In this document: piece by piece, positions 1 through 11,989 of the stretch
Numbering within the stretch: position 1 is the first letter of the stretch
How the letters are laid out: every line of letters begins with the position of its first letter
From: Sphaerodactylus townsendi
Lineage: Eukaryota
Reading direction: 5' to 3'
Length of the DNA stretch: 64,000 nt
Assembly: GCF_021028975.2 (NCBI RefSeq)
Contig: NC_059426.1
Coordinates: 71,052,001-71,116,000, forward strand
Program-made: the position numbers and the translations under genes
Notes under the pieces: generated by a model
Told to the model about the DNA's origin: nothing
The model's database searches: none
The model's input: the letters and a program-made list of their open reading frames with translations, nothing else

Positions 1-455
1 AATATATTTAAATGTCCCCCCTTTTGACACCTTTTCAATACATTTGCTCTTTTTGCACATCCACTGCATATGAAAAAGGTGCCATCCACTTCTTTACATT
101 TCCAACATTTCCCTTTATAATTCTTGTCCATTTTCTCAATATTATTTGGAATAATATTCCACTGATAAAAAGTCTTGTATCAGTTTTCTATTAACATTTG
201 ACACTGGCTGTAAATTTTAAATTTTTTGTCTGTAAGGTCTCCCATTGTTGGAGAGATTTCTTCTCAAAATTTTGCATCCATCTAACCATATGCATTTTAA
301 CTTGTGTTTCTGTGTCAAATTGAAGTAGTAGCTTGTAAATTTGTCCTAATAAATGTTCTTTTTGTTGCATTATCACCTTTTCAAATTCAGTCAACTCCTT
401 TATTACTAGTTGAAAATATAATAGCCATTGTATTCTTTTTTTTGCCTTCATCTTT
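1..455 (-). mobile_element. L1-clade LINE ORF2 3' fragment (degenerate)
   Basis: Minus-strand translation ...LLGQIYKLLL...WETLQTKNLKFTASVKC followed by a CWKC...GTFF zinc-knuckle region. Same character as the L1 at 17-20 kb. Confidence 0.7.
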
Positions 456-477
456 TACAAAACTTACATCGTTCTCT

Positions 478-610
478 GTTTATTCTCACATTAACCCTGT
501 GAGGTTTTTATTGCTCAAGGTCACCCTGCAAGCTTCCATGGCACAAGTGGGAATTTGAAACCCGAATTTACCAGATCCTGATCTGACACTTTATCCACTA
601 CATCATGCTA
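478..610 (-). mobile_element. tRNA-derived squamate SINE fragment
   Basis: ctcacattaaccctgtgagg...caaggtcacc...tgggaatttgaaaccc...ccactaca. This is the reverse complement of the SINE family seen at 19212, 28745 and 51505. Confidence 0.6.
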
Positions 611-820
611 GTTTCCTGTGCCATCAAGTCACAGCTGACTCATGGTGCCCCATAGGGTTTTCAAGGCAAGAGAATTTGGAGGTGGATTGCCATTGTCTGC
701 CTCCACATTGTGACCTTGGTTTTCCTTGGAGGTTGCCCAACCAAATCCTTAACAGGGCCAACCCTGCTAACCCCTGAGATCTGACAAGACCACGCTATGC
801 TGGAGGTATCTAGGTCAGGG
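611..820 (-). mobile_element. 5S rRNA-derived SINE (5S-Sauria-like)
   Basis: The reverse complement of 725-815 resembles the 5S rRNA 5' half (cagatctc..agcagggt..ccctg..ttgg..gg..acc). It is followed by a Sauria-type tail (ggcaatggcaatccacctc, gacttgatggcac). Confidence 0.6.
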
Positions 821-1687
821 GCTCTCAGTGTTACATATTGGTAAATTAGTATGCAACTTGAAAACACAAAAAGCTTCAAAAGTAAATAACTGTCTTGCTT
901 TAAAGCTGGTAAATATTCTTTATACTGGGATTTTGCTGTACAGTTGATGGTATACTGAATGTGGATTTGCTACTTATGCTTTTTAGGTTCTGTTCTGTGC
1001 ACTGTACATCAACCTACAAATCAGAATTCACTAACACTAACTTTTCTGGTCAGCATTACCATGACTCTGTGTGATCCTTTCCTTTAGTACGATTTGTTCA
1101 CCCTTCACAACTGTAAGTGTGAACGGACTGCGGGTGTGAAAAAGCTGCTTATGTTTAATTACATGAATGAGTATAAGAGAGGGTGGATTACATTCAGAAT
1201 TCCATGACTTAGCATTTGCTTTTTGTTGGTGCTTCTACTTTCGGTGGATGGCACTCTTTTGTTTACAGTCTTTCAGTAATTACTACTTTTTTCTGTGGTC
1301 TCCAGTTGTGTGTTGTTTCTTCTATCTTACATCCTTGAAACACAGCTGGCATATTTTCAGTATTTTAACACAACAGAGAAACTGAAGGAAAGACAATGCT
1401 CAGAGTGTTTTCTGTACAGCAAGGTGGGGCACAGCAGGGTTTGCCATTAAATCACAGGTGCCTGTGAGATTCCTTCATATTAAGTAGGAGACTTGTAAGT
1501 AACGCATCTTGTATGATGACGAACCATTGAAAGGAGGGTTTCTTCCTCTAGTGGCAACATTGCCTTTGCGCTTCTTTGATGCAAGAAAGATCATGCCAAA
1601 GAAATTTTTCCACTGTCCTGCTGGGTCACATCCCTATTGACTTCAGTCAAGGAGAGTGTTACTTCTGTTTTTCCCATTCTTCCCTAG

Positions 1688-4600
1688 ATACCTTGGGCGG
1701 CCAAAACCAGAGCAGACTGTGGTAGTGAGACCACCATTCCTGCGGCCAGAAATATCAGATGGACAGATTGCTGTAAAGATCATGGACAATGGTATCCAGG
1801 CTGAGCTGAAGAGAACAAAGGTAAGGAGGACATGAAGACGGTGCCCAAGCAGTGACTTTTGCAGAATCCTGATGGTGCTGCTGTGCATGTGAGTAGGGAC
1901 CAAATGAATTACTTAAATATCCTTCCTCCATGTTACTACTCTTTGTATCCCCCCTGGTGAGTGAAGATCTCCCTCAATCTTATGTGGCTAGCGCTACATA
2001 GGAATTGCTTCTTCCTTCCATGTGGCTGTGCTACATAGGAGTGGCTTCCTTTTGTGTTGTGGATAATTCTGACTTGCCCTTCCTCTCCATCAAGCAACTG
2101 AGGCATGCACAGTCTACAATTATACTGATAGAAATGCTAGGTGGCAGCAAGTCCTTCTGATTTTGCTTGCTCCTTTGTCCAGCTAGGGGCAATGCTCAGG
2201 ACTTAAAGTCCTGCCTCATCCTTCTGATTGCTCCTCTGCACTTTGTCTCTGCAGTCCAAAGGAAGCCTTGAAGTGACGGAAAGCCAGTCTGCTGATGCTG
2301 AGCCACCACCCCCACCCAAGCCAGACCTCAGCCGCTACACAGGCCTGAGGACGCATTTAACCCTGGCCACCAATGAGGGTAAGAAGACCATGTCAGGCAG
2401 ACAAGGAATGTAAAGAATTGTGCACTAGGCAAATTATAAAGTACATAATTTGCCACAAGGGAAGCAGTTTATGACTACTAAACCAGGCAAAGTATTGACA
2501 AACTCCAGTGGCAACTGAATAAGCTTTGGAAATAATCATTAGATCATTTGAGTTGCTTTTAGCATAGTATTGAAGTAGAGTTGGTTCGTTCAGTAATCAG
2601 CCTGTCTTCTGTTTAAGGAAGCCCTCCAGTGAGTTAGTGCAAAAGATCTTATGTTAGTAGATAAGTTATCTTTTTCTAAAAAGTTATGTGGATTTTAAAT
2701 TGCCAACTTTAGCTCTTTTTCAGGGATGAAAATTGATGAGAGCTGTCTGGGCTTGGGGGTAGAAATTGACTTTACTAGTTTCTGCTTGCATGTGGGGGAT
2801 GTAGGACTACCAGGAGGTAGTTTTCTGCTTTGTTATGCTGTCAGAGCTGGTTGACACGCAAAGCTAGTGTCACTTCTCTAGGCAGGTGTGATACCTGGTG
2901 AATTTTTAGTGTGATTTCACTGTTTCCAGTTTGATCAGTTTCCTGAAAGAAAATATAACTGGACTGCTCAATTTTTTTAGCATTAGTTTTTACTGGTCAG
3001 TGCTATGCTGCATCTTAAAAGGGCTCATTGTCAGGCCCCAAATGCTAGGTCTGTCCAGACTTGCATGCTTAGGCATGTGATTTCATTGTTGGGGAGATGT
3101 TCCTCTTCCTCCATTTCAACTCCACCCCCGTGATACACTCCTTACTTTCTGACTGAGTTGTTGACCTCCATAGTGTGTGTCCACCTACCTGAGGCTCTTG
3201 CCTGGTTGTCGTACTTATCGTATGTGAAACTGCTGTAAGGTGTTCCAGAGAGATTTTTGGGACCTCCTGGAGAAAATGTAAAGTGACTGCAAATAACACT
3301 GCTTGAGTGTGTCTGGTCTTTTTGCCCTCTATAGACAGCAGCTTGCTAAGCAAGGACAGCCCTCCAACTCCAACCATGTACAAGTATCGACCTGGCTACA
3401 GCAGCAGCAGTACTTCAGCTGCAATGCCTCACTCCACTAGCGCCAAGGTAATGTTTACAATGAAGGGTTGGGGTCGCTGCAGACAGGGAGTAGGAAGTAG
3501 AATTTGCACTGGTTTAGTGTATAATTTTGATCAATGGGCTTATGCAGTGGTGGGATTCAAATAATTTAACATCCAGTTCCGGTGCTGAGATTCAAATAAT
3601 TTAACAACTGGTTGTTTACAAGCACCATTTTAACAACCGGTTCTGCTGAAGTGGTGCAAACCTACTGAATCCCACCACTACCCACCATTACAATCAAGAA
3701 CTCTGGTTCCTGTATAGAATATGCATTCCATCACACTATGTGTTGAGAATTCCAGTCCACTTTCACCCTTCTTGTCCTCCCAATGTGTATTATTTACATG
3801 TGCCTTCCCTCCAATGTGGTATACATATATTTTATTCTCCTAACAACCCAGTAAGGCACACAATGGCTGAGACTGAGGTCTGGTCTATACTGCAGAAAAT
3901 GGTGTGGTTAATGCTGAGGTGGCAAAATGGGTCATACTGTTTCAGATGTAGAGGGAGTCACACATTAAATGCTTCTCCATGTTAAAACTTCCTGCAGTTA
4001 AAGCATTAGCATGCCACAGAAAGAAGTTCTAACCTAGATGTGTTATTTTTCCACTTTTAATTTTCCAGACCTGATTGAATGGGGCAAGGTCACTTAGTGA
4101 GCTTCACCAGATGAGCATGGATTTGACTTGGGTTTTGTTGATTTATGAGTACACTGGCTCTCAGATTATGTACCTTGCATAATTGTATTTATAGTACATT
4201 TGCAGGGCTGTTCTTTCTGCATTAAGAAACCTGGAGCGTTTGTGTTTTTACTTGCAGTAAGCTCAGCTGTATATTTGCAGTGTGCTTTGAAGGGAAAAAC
4301 TCTGCAAGAGATCTTGCAAAAAGACCTGCAAGTGTCTAATCCATTTTTCTCTACTGCAGCTAAGCCGAGGAGACAGCCTGAAGGAGCCTACCGCCATTGC
4401 TGAGAGCAGCCGAAATCCCAGCTACCGCTCTGAGCCAAGTCTAGAGCCAGAGAGCTTTCGTTCTCCCACCTTTGGCAAGAGTTTCCATTTTGATCCTCTG
4501 TCCAGTGGCTCCCGCTCCTCCAGCCTCAAATCTGCCCAAGGCACAGGCTTTGAATTAGGCCATCTTCAGTCAATCCGCTCTGAGGGTACCACTTCCACAT

Positions 4601-6303
4601 CCTACAAGAGCTTGGTGAACCAGACACGCAATGGGAGTTTGTCATATGACAGCCTTCTTACACCCTCTGATAGTCCTGACTTTGAGTCAGTGCAGGCAGG
4701 TCCAGAGCCAGACACCCCCATGGGTTATACTTCTCCTTTCCTTTCAGCCCGGATTGCTCAGCAGCGGGAGGCTGACCTGCACAGTCGTTTCTCAAGTTCT
4801 GGCTCACCTAAGCACCAGCCGCCTCGTGATCCTTCACCTGTCCGCTATGACAATCTCTCGCGTCACATTGTGGCTTCCATGCAGGAGAGGGAGAAGCTGC
4901 TGCAGCAATCACCCACACCACCACCTCTGGCCAGGGAGGAGGATACAGGGTTAGGAGACTCAGGCATCCAGTCCACGCCAGGCTCCAGCAATGCCCCACG
5001 TACCAGCTCCTCCTCGGACGATTCCAAACGTTCGCCTCTTGGCAAGAACCCACTCACCCGCCCAGTGCCGCCTCGCTTTGGTAAACCAGAACCATCACAT
5101 GCACTCAGAGTGCGCTCACTGGGCTCACCAGATCAGCCTGCAGCCCTCCACCTGGGCAAATCTGTGTCTTACAGCAGCCAAAAACAGTCACCCCAAGCCA
5201 TCGTCCCAGAGACAGAGGAGGTGGCCTTGCAGCCTTTACTGGCACCAAAGTAAGTACAAGTGGCACCTGTCTAACACTTTTAAGTGTTCCTTGACTTGGT
5301 GGAGGATGAGCTACATTCAGCCTGGCCCCGTCACTGCTCTGACCCAAGGACACGCAAGCATTCTTGTTTCCTTCCGGCAGCATCTGAAGGGAGTGGCTGG
5401 GGGTGATCTACAGATAGTGCCTGCTCTCGTCTGCCCCTTCTTTCCTTTCCTCCCTCTGGTGTGTGGACCAGCCCATCTACCTTTCCTGTCACTGTAGAAT
5501 GTAGTAACATCCTGTAATATCATCTTCCTTTCCGTGGGGTGTGTGGGGCTGGGGTCTTCCTTTCCCTGTTTTCCTTGGTTGTGAGGGTGCCATTAGGTTC
5601 CATGCGAATTCCCTGTACCATTTGTATGATGTCTGCTATGTTCCTTCCATTTGTATTTCCCTTCTCTGTGTTGGCAATGTGTTTGAGTCTCTTTAGCCTC
5701 TGTTTTAGAATGGGTTGTGAGAAATCATCTGCTCTTCTGAAGATACTGGAAGCATGAGCCCTTCTGTCACTTTTCCTGAGGAGTTTTCTTATGTCAAACA
5801 CCTCCTTCTTATGTCAAACACCTCTTTAATTCCTTTCAGTGAATGTTGTATTGACCCCATGTAGCACTGTTTCTTAATAGTGCTACATGTTTAGTATCCC
5901 AGTCCCTTAGAGTGAGTTTGTGGGTGACTCTTGGTGGTGTTATGTTGATGGTGCCCTGCCACTTCTCTGTGGATACTGGCAAGCCACTGTTCTCTTCCCT
6001 TCCACAACCCCAAGCAGTGCAAGATGGTTCCCCAGCTTTTCTTTCCTTACCCTTTCCAAGCGTGTGATACCCTCCATTTCCATTGCCATTGAATGAATGG
6101 TCACTTCCTGATGCCCTTATGTCCTTCCTTTTCCCAGAGACGAGGTGCAGATGAGATCCTCCTACAGCAAGTCCAATGGACAGCCCAAGAGCCTGGGCTC
6201 AACTTCACCCACCCCAGGCCAGCCACCTCTCAGCAGCCCCACTCGTGGAGGAGTCAAGAAGGTCTCTGGAGTGGGTGGGACTACATATGAAATTTCTGTA
6301 TGA
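1688..6303 (+). CDS. ZDHHC5: Palmitoyltransferase ZDHHC5, last five coding exons (5' part outside window): join(1688..1820,2255..2378,3335..3447,4360..5249,6138..6303)
   Basis: All introns are GT-AG and phases are consistent. Translation RYLGRPK...IMDNGIQ / [31 protein letters not shown] / [15 protein letters not shown] / [10 protein letters not shown]...[15 protein letters not shown]...[12 protein letters not shown] / DEVQ...[18 protein letters not shown] matches ZDHHC5, including the YDNL endocytic motif and C-terminal PDZ ligand EISV. Synteny with MED19. Confidence 0.97.
3545..3680. mobile_element. hAT-type MITE in a ZDHHC5 intron
   Basis: Terminal inverted repeats cagtggtgggattca / tgaatcccaccacta. 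Internal duplication of gattcaaataatttaaca. Same TIR family as 20413-20794. No clear TSD. Confidence 0.75.
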
Positions 6304-8499
6304 GGAGAGGAATCTCTCCACTGTCATCTCCTCCTTGGGTGTTTCTTAAATGCGTTGTCCCTGGTGAGCAAGAAAGGGGGACATGTTCAGCAGACAGTTA
6401 CCCCATCACATGCATGGACTTCTGAAATTTAAAAAAAATCAGTTTTTTGAGATGGGGAAAACTGGCAGGGACAATTACCTTTTTTAAACTAAAATGTCTG
6501 GGATTGGGAGAGTCCCTAAACGCTACAGCAGGATTTCAGCCTTGCTACTCGGCCTGCCCTCTTCCTCTCAACCAGCCAAGAGACTGCAATTTGTAGCACA
6601 CACTGCCGAGAGAGAAGGGGAAGGGAGATGCTTTCTGTCAGCACTCCTCTGTGGGAGAAGGTGCAAGCTGTAGCCTGCCCCACTACCAACGAGACAGTCA
6701 ATTGTGGACCTCGTGCAATTGCTCGCCTAGTGCGGTAGGAGTGGATCATTTTTTTAAAGAAAAAATTATTATTGTTATGGATTCTATTTTTTTCCTCTTC
6801 TGAGTTACTGGGTGGGTGTGTGTATATATAAATATATATAAATATAAAAAAGAAATTATATATCTACCCATATTGAGGGAGGCAGACCCAGGCAGAGCTC
6901 ACTAGCAGGGCCTAAGGAAACATGTATAAAGCATTTAAGTTGAAGCGAGTCTGAATGACTGTATCAGATCAATCACTTGCTTTTTGGGTCGGGCAGCCTA
7001 GAAGATGAAGACACCCCCATCAAACAGCCACCTCAGGTTCAGGCAGGGCTCAGTGAGTGTCTAGCTCAACATGATAGTGGATCTTAATGCTATCTGCCTA
7101 GTGACTATAGCCTACCCTTCCTCTGCCAGCTAGTCATGATTCTGGCTAGTTTACCCAGCTCCTTCCTCATCCATTCCAGGTCACAGAGGGGAAGGACAAA
7201 GTCCATCGTCTTCCCTATCGCTGTTCACCCAGGGCTGTATCCGGCTGCAGAACTTTCCCCATGAGTAGATCTTTTTCTAGAGGGACTTGGAAGGTTCAGG
7301 AAAATTAGGAAAGAAAAGTCCTATGTTTTTAGCTTCAAGATAGACTGAGGCTTTTAAAAAGCTCCTCTCAGCGAACAGATGTCATCCACAGCAAGGCTAG
7401 GCAGATCAACATGCAAAGTGCAAATTGAGTATTGGAGGCATGGAAAGGTGCTTGGGATATTGTGCGTAGGAAGGAGGGTAGCCGTGGCATTGGGGCTGGG
7501 TCCCGTACATGGAAATATCACTTTGTATTTAGTAAAGCCTTTTCCCAGGTGGTGTTCCTACCTTTTAAAAAAAAACATTGTTCTTATGAATTACTCCATA
7601 TTGATTTCTTGTGGTGTCACAGTTATTTACAAATTGGGCAAGAGAAAGAAGAGGAAAAAAACAAAACCAAAAAGCAATATTTTTCCATATGCCAAAAATC
7701 TCTCTCTACCCATGCAAATAAAACACACAATATTTTTTCCATATGCCAAAAATCTCTGCCCATGAAAGTAAATAGAAAACAAAACACAGCAATCCAGGAA
7801 TCCAGCAATTGCCAGGCACTACTGACTCTTTCTCTATGGCAATATCTTTACCGCGCTCTCCACAGAGCCACACTTTTATTTTTATTATGATTAGCCATTT
7901 TAAAATTAGGAATAAAAAATATAATGAGCCACTCCCTCCATGCTTGTGTCCTTCTTGTTTTGTTATCCTGGGGAGGTTCTGATGGTTGTCCTTCAATGTG
8001 GGCTTGCAGTGCTGACCAGTATAGTAAGCTTCCCGGTAGATGGCACCGTGGGCAGTGCCCTGATGTGTGACATTTACGTGCAGAGGATTTTTCCCCCAAA
8101 GGTAAGTGAGCCTCATTAACCGAGGAAGTGGTTATTAATCTTTTGACGGGACTGGTTCATAAGTTCATTTGCACAAGTGGAAAGTTTTTTACCTGTGAAT
8201 CAGGAGTTTCGTGCTTCCTCGTTGTAGAGAATTCCTAGGAGCAGCAAGGGGGAGTATTCTGGGATGTAATGAGAGGGTGCAGGTTAGAAAGTCACATTCC
8301 AAGAAAGTCTGCCACCCAGGAGAATCCTCCATTGGATCCAAGCCAGAGCAATGTATGGATCAAGTGATTCAAGGAAGGAAATGCAAAAGTGAAAAAACCT
8401 ACTGTGAAAGAGTCCATAATTATCAACTGTGGGAAAATCCATCTGAAAAATGTTATTATGTTTTCAAAAGTAGGTCAGTGCAGTAGGCTGTATATCCTT

Positions 8500-8690
8500 G
8501 TGTGCCATTTGCAGCTTCCAAATAATCTTGAAGGACAGCCCCACTTATAGCAAATTGTGCTAATCCAGACCAAAGGATACCAAAGCATGAATCAACAAGA
8601 TTTGAGACAGGAGGAACTTTCTGCACTAAATGTAGCTGGAAGAATTCATTCTTTGTAACTGCATTAACCTGATCTATGAACAGTACAGAC
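8500..8690 (-). mobile_element. L2-type LINE RT 3' remnant
   Basis: The minus strand reads as a degenerate IHALV..LD....L.VGL..K..WKLQ, matching the L2 LDYCNALY.GLP...KLQ block. Confidence 0.5.
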
Positions 8691-8716
8691 TTGAATGTAA
8701 AGTAAAAACTCTACAG

Positions 8717-9300
8717 AGGTTGATTATTGTGGGTTTTCTGGGCCGGGTGGCCACGGTCTGGTAGTTTTTGCTGCTAGTGTTATGCCTGTATCAGTGGCTG
8801 CCATCTTCAGAGACATGTCATGGTAAGATGTGTTTCTCTATGTGGGTCAGTGTGGAGTGATCATATTGAGGGGTACACATATTGTCCTGGTTTGTGGGAG
8901 GGAAAATGTCTGTGGTTGTTGGTTTAGCTGTTTTTTTTACTACCACCAGCCAGATTCTTTCATTCTTGTCAGAATGCTGTGTTTTTTACTCCCTATGTAT
9001 ATTTGTCCATATCTGCTTTGTATAGGATAGACTCCTGCAGAAGTAAGGGGACTCTCTTGTCCTTTGCTGATTGTAGCATTTGGGGTTTTTTTTCCTGTTG
9101 GGTCTGAAAACTTGTTTGAAGGTTATAATTTCATCACTTTTCCCATTCAATCGGTGATTCCCTTGATGTACGGTAGAAATGCCTTCAGGGGCAGTGGCAA
9201 TGTTTTTCTCAGTCCTGTGTTTTTCTCTTCGTTTTATAGGTCTTCTGATTTCTGTTGTGAAATAGTCTTTTTTTTTTTCACAGTCCAGTCTAGGCAATTC
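8717..9300 (-). mobile_element. Penelope-like element fragment (RT C-terminus, start of GIY-YIG, pseudo-LTR)
   Basis: The minus strand encodes degenerate EIRR...KQVFRP...GVY...GQIYIG...ILTRMKE. The 8717-8900 end is the reverse complement of the pLTR at 9860-10028. Confidence 0.8.
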
Positions 9301-9424
9301 AATTAATCAAGCGAGAAGGTAGGGTTGCACAGTGTGTCAGATTTTTTAGATTATGCATGATCAGAAACTCTGGTAGACTAATCAAAATGCATCTGTGAAC
9401 CTCGCCTTTTCACTGATACTGAGT

Positions 9425-10028
9425 TGTGGACAAACATACATAGGGACTACAAAATTCAGCATTCTGACAAGAATTAAAGAACAGGAAAGGCACTGCCAAT
9501 TAATCCAACCAGGCACTGCCAATTAATCCAACCTGAGAAATCAGCAGTATCTGAATATGTTCTAAAAGTAAGCTGGACATGGGATCTTATTTAAGACACA
9601 GAAATTCTTGACAAGTCTGATGGTTACTATGTCAGACTGCACAGGGAAGCCATTGACATTCACAAGCACTGGGGAAGTGTTAACAAAAAAGGAACAAAGT
9701 CTGAAAATCAACAAAATCTGGCTACTGGTACTAAACAAAACACACCAAAACCAAAAACCAGAGACATTCAAATGCAACTGCAATTGAATTCCACTGGCCA
9801 CACGCAAATGCTCCTCACCTCACTCACACATGGACGCATGCACACACACGTGATGTGAACAAAATGTATACCCTACCATACAATCATTCCACAGTGTCCA
9901 ACAGAGAGAAATGCCTCTTAGCATGACATGCCTTTGAAGATGCCAGCCACAGATGTGAGTGAAACGTTAGGAGCAAACATTAGCAGACCATGGCCACACA
10001 GCCTGGAAAAACCCCAACAGCCAGTTAA
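9425..10028 (+). mobile_element. Penelope-like element 3' fragment (GIY-YIG endonuclease plus pseudo-LTR)
   Basis: YIGTTK.SILTRIKE..RHC.LIQPEKSAV.E...TEILDKSDGYYVRLHREAIDIHKH...KINKIWL. Terminal tgaagatgccagccacagatg..tgaaacgttagg...catggccacacagcctggaaaa is typical of squamate PLE ends. Confidence 0.85.
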
Positions 10029-11989
10029 GAATGCCTTGGGTCTGAGCAGAGAATCCCAGCAGTATTCTTATAAAGGGATCTAAACTATAGTATGGATCAT
10101 CTCAGGAGTTTGTTCTATAATAGATGGTATTGTAGTACATTGCAATGTTCACTGTGCCTATTGTCTCCATTTTTACTACAATAGTGTTTTCTGCCTTACA
10201 GTCCTTTCTTCATCAGGTTATGTCGAACCATAGGCCAGTGGCACTCACTCTGACTCGTGAAGAGTTGCATTCAACTATTGCTTTCGTTTAGCACATTTAT
10301 TTCCATCCTGGTATGACTAACTGCTCCTCAGGGGTGCAACTTATCCTTTCCCTTGGTGCTGCCTGTTTCAAGATGGGAATCAACGGCCAGCCAGAAGCCT
10401 CACGGGCCCTGCCCACTTTCCTGAAATATGGGACATGTGTGCTATATTGGGGAACAGCACTCTGAAAAGATATATGCCCCTCCCAAGCCACTGAGTATTA
10501 TTACCCATTCCATCCCCCCACCCCATCCACTGTTTTTCCCATTCTTTAGTCCTAGCCCCTGTATTGTGTTGGTTACTAGAAATGTTTGCTGTTTCATGGA
10601 ATTGTTTTTCATTTTTTTATCCACTTGTAGTCTTAGCGAGAAAGACAGGTTGTAAATGATGTTAATAATAAAATATCCTGAATACTTGCAGTAAAGGCCA
10701 GAGATGGATCCAGATAAGAGCTTGGGCTATCCAGAACTGCAGTTTCTGTATACCCATTGCACATTAGCATTGTAATACTGTCTTTTAAACTAGAGTTGGC
10801 CAGATTGTGCTGTGAAGTGAAAGGTAGCGCCATTGCATTAATGGAAGTTCTGGCTATACTTGGATAGCCTGCGTAATTTCAGGAGCGGTGTTTGTGAGCT
10901 GGAGTTAAAAGTCCTTCATCAGTTGCACTGTCTGTTCATATGTATAACCATATATTGTTACTTTGGCTATTATATGCAAAAAAGTGTCCATAGGCAACAG
11001 AAAGGGAGGTTCAAGATCACTCCCACTGGTTCCACCCCCATCCTATGCGAACGGATCTGATGCTTGCACAAATTGTTCATACAAACTCTGTCTATGCAAC
11101 CTGTACATGTGAAACTGGATATACAGTGTGTGTGTTCCTATAGGTTACAATCAACTTGAAGGAGAGAGGTGTGATCACAGGCTCACTTGCCTGCATTGAT
11201 TGTATATTTGTAAACCTAAGCAGATGCCCTCATCCAACATAGTAGATTGGGGCTGTCAGCATAGCTAGCAGAACTGCACTATGGAAGAAGTCATGGTTCT
11301 CTGAAAGCTGTCAAGTTCTTGAAGTCATTAGCATTCCAAATTAGGGAAGGTATTATTTTTGGTCCTAAATATGACAATTGAATCAAAAACGTAGAATGTG
11401 ATGTGATTGTTTAGTTATTCTGTTATCTCTCAAGGGCTCTTTTCTCTGATGTGTTTTACTGGAAGGAGGAAAATGTTTAACCTGAAGTCATACAAACAGC
11501 TTTCTAAGCTTCGGAATACAGCAGTCCTCATGTTTACCTAGCTAAGTCTTCTCTTCCCACGAGTTCACTCCTCATCAGAAACGTTCTGATGTCAAAAAAG
11601 AGTTCATTGACTAATAGTTTTATACCAAGTTAGGCCTGCGGGGCAACGAGCTTAGTCCCGGCTGCAGCTCTTGAGGGTTTCAGACAAAGCAAAGACTTCC
11701 CCAGGGCCTGATCCTGACGATCCCTGAATGAGCCTCTGGTGAGTCAACCTGGCTTGACTGGCTTTTTCTCATCTCCTTGCTTTAAAGCAGCTAAAGTTTG
11801 GTGAGGAAATCGTCTGCTCATTCAAATACTTTTGTACATGCAAAATCATTCTCTGAGCCCTCAAAACAGTTTATAAAAAAGTAAAAAATTAAAACACATG
11901 CACACACAATTATTAAAATGGTGACTCTATTCCTCCTTTGTGGTAGCTGCATTTTTTATTGATTCTCTACCTCAAGTGATGACAACGCA

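Larger units (their letters stand above)
6304..10690 (+). other. ZDHHC5: Probable ZDHHC5 3'UTR (long form); candidate poly(A) signals AATAAA at 7717, 7911 and 10667
   Basis: Follows stop TGA 6301-6303. AU-rich UTR-like blocks at 6690-6860 and 10550-10690. The true end needs RNA data. Confidence 0.5.

Noticed and set aside
725-815. 5S rRNA gene (also about 34355-34440)
   Set aside because: Degenerate, partial and fused to a SINE tail, so it is a 5S-derived SINE rather than a functional rRNA gene.
4631-5523. Several overlapping alternative-frame and antisense ORFs (e.g. 4991..5497, 168 aa)
   Set aside because: They are shadows of the GC-rich ZDHHC5 exon and have no recognisable protein features.
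11560-11600. Minus-strand CTGATGA suggesting a hammerhead or C/D snoRNA
   Set aside because: No properly placed GAAA box or terminal stem, and the position is intergenic.
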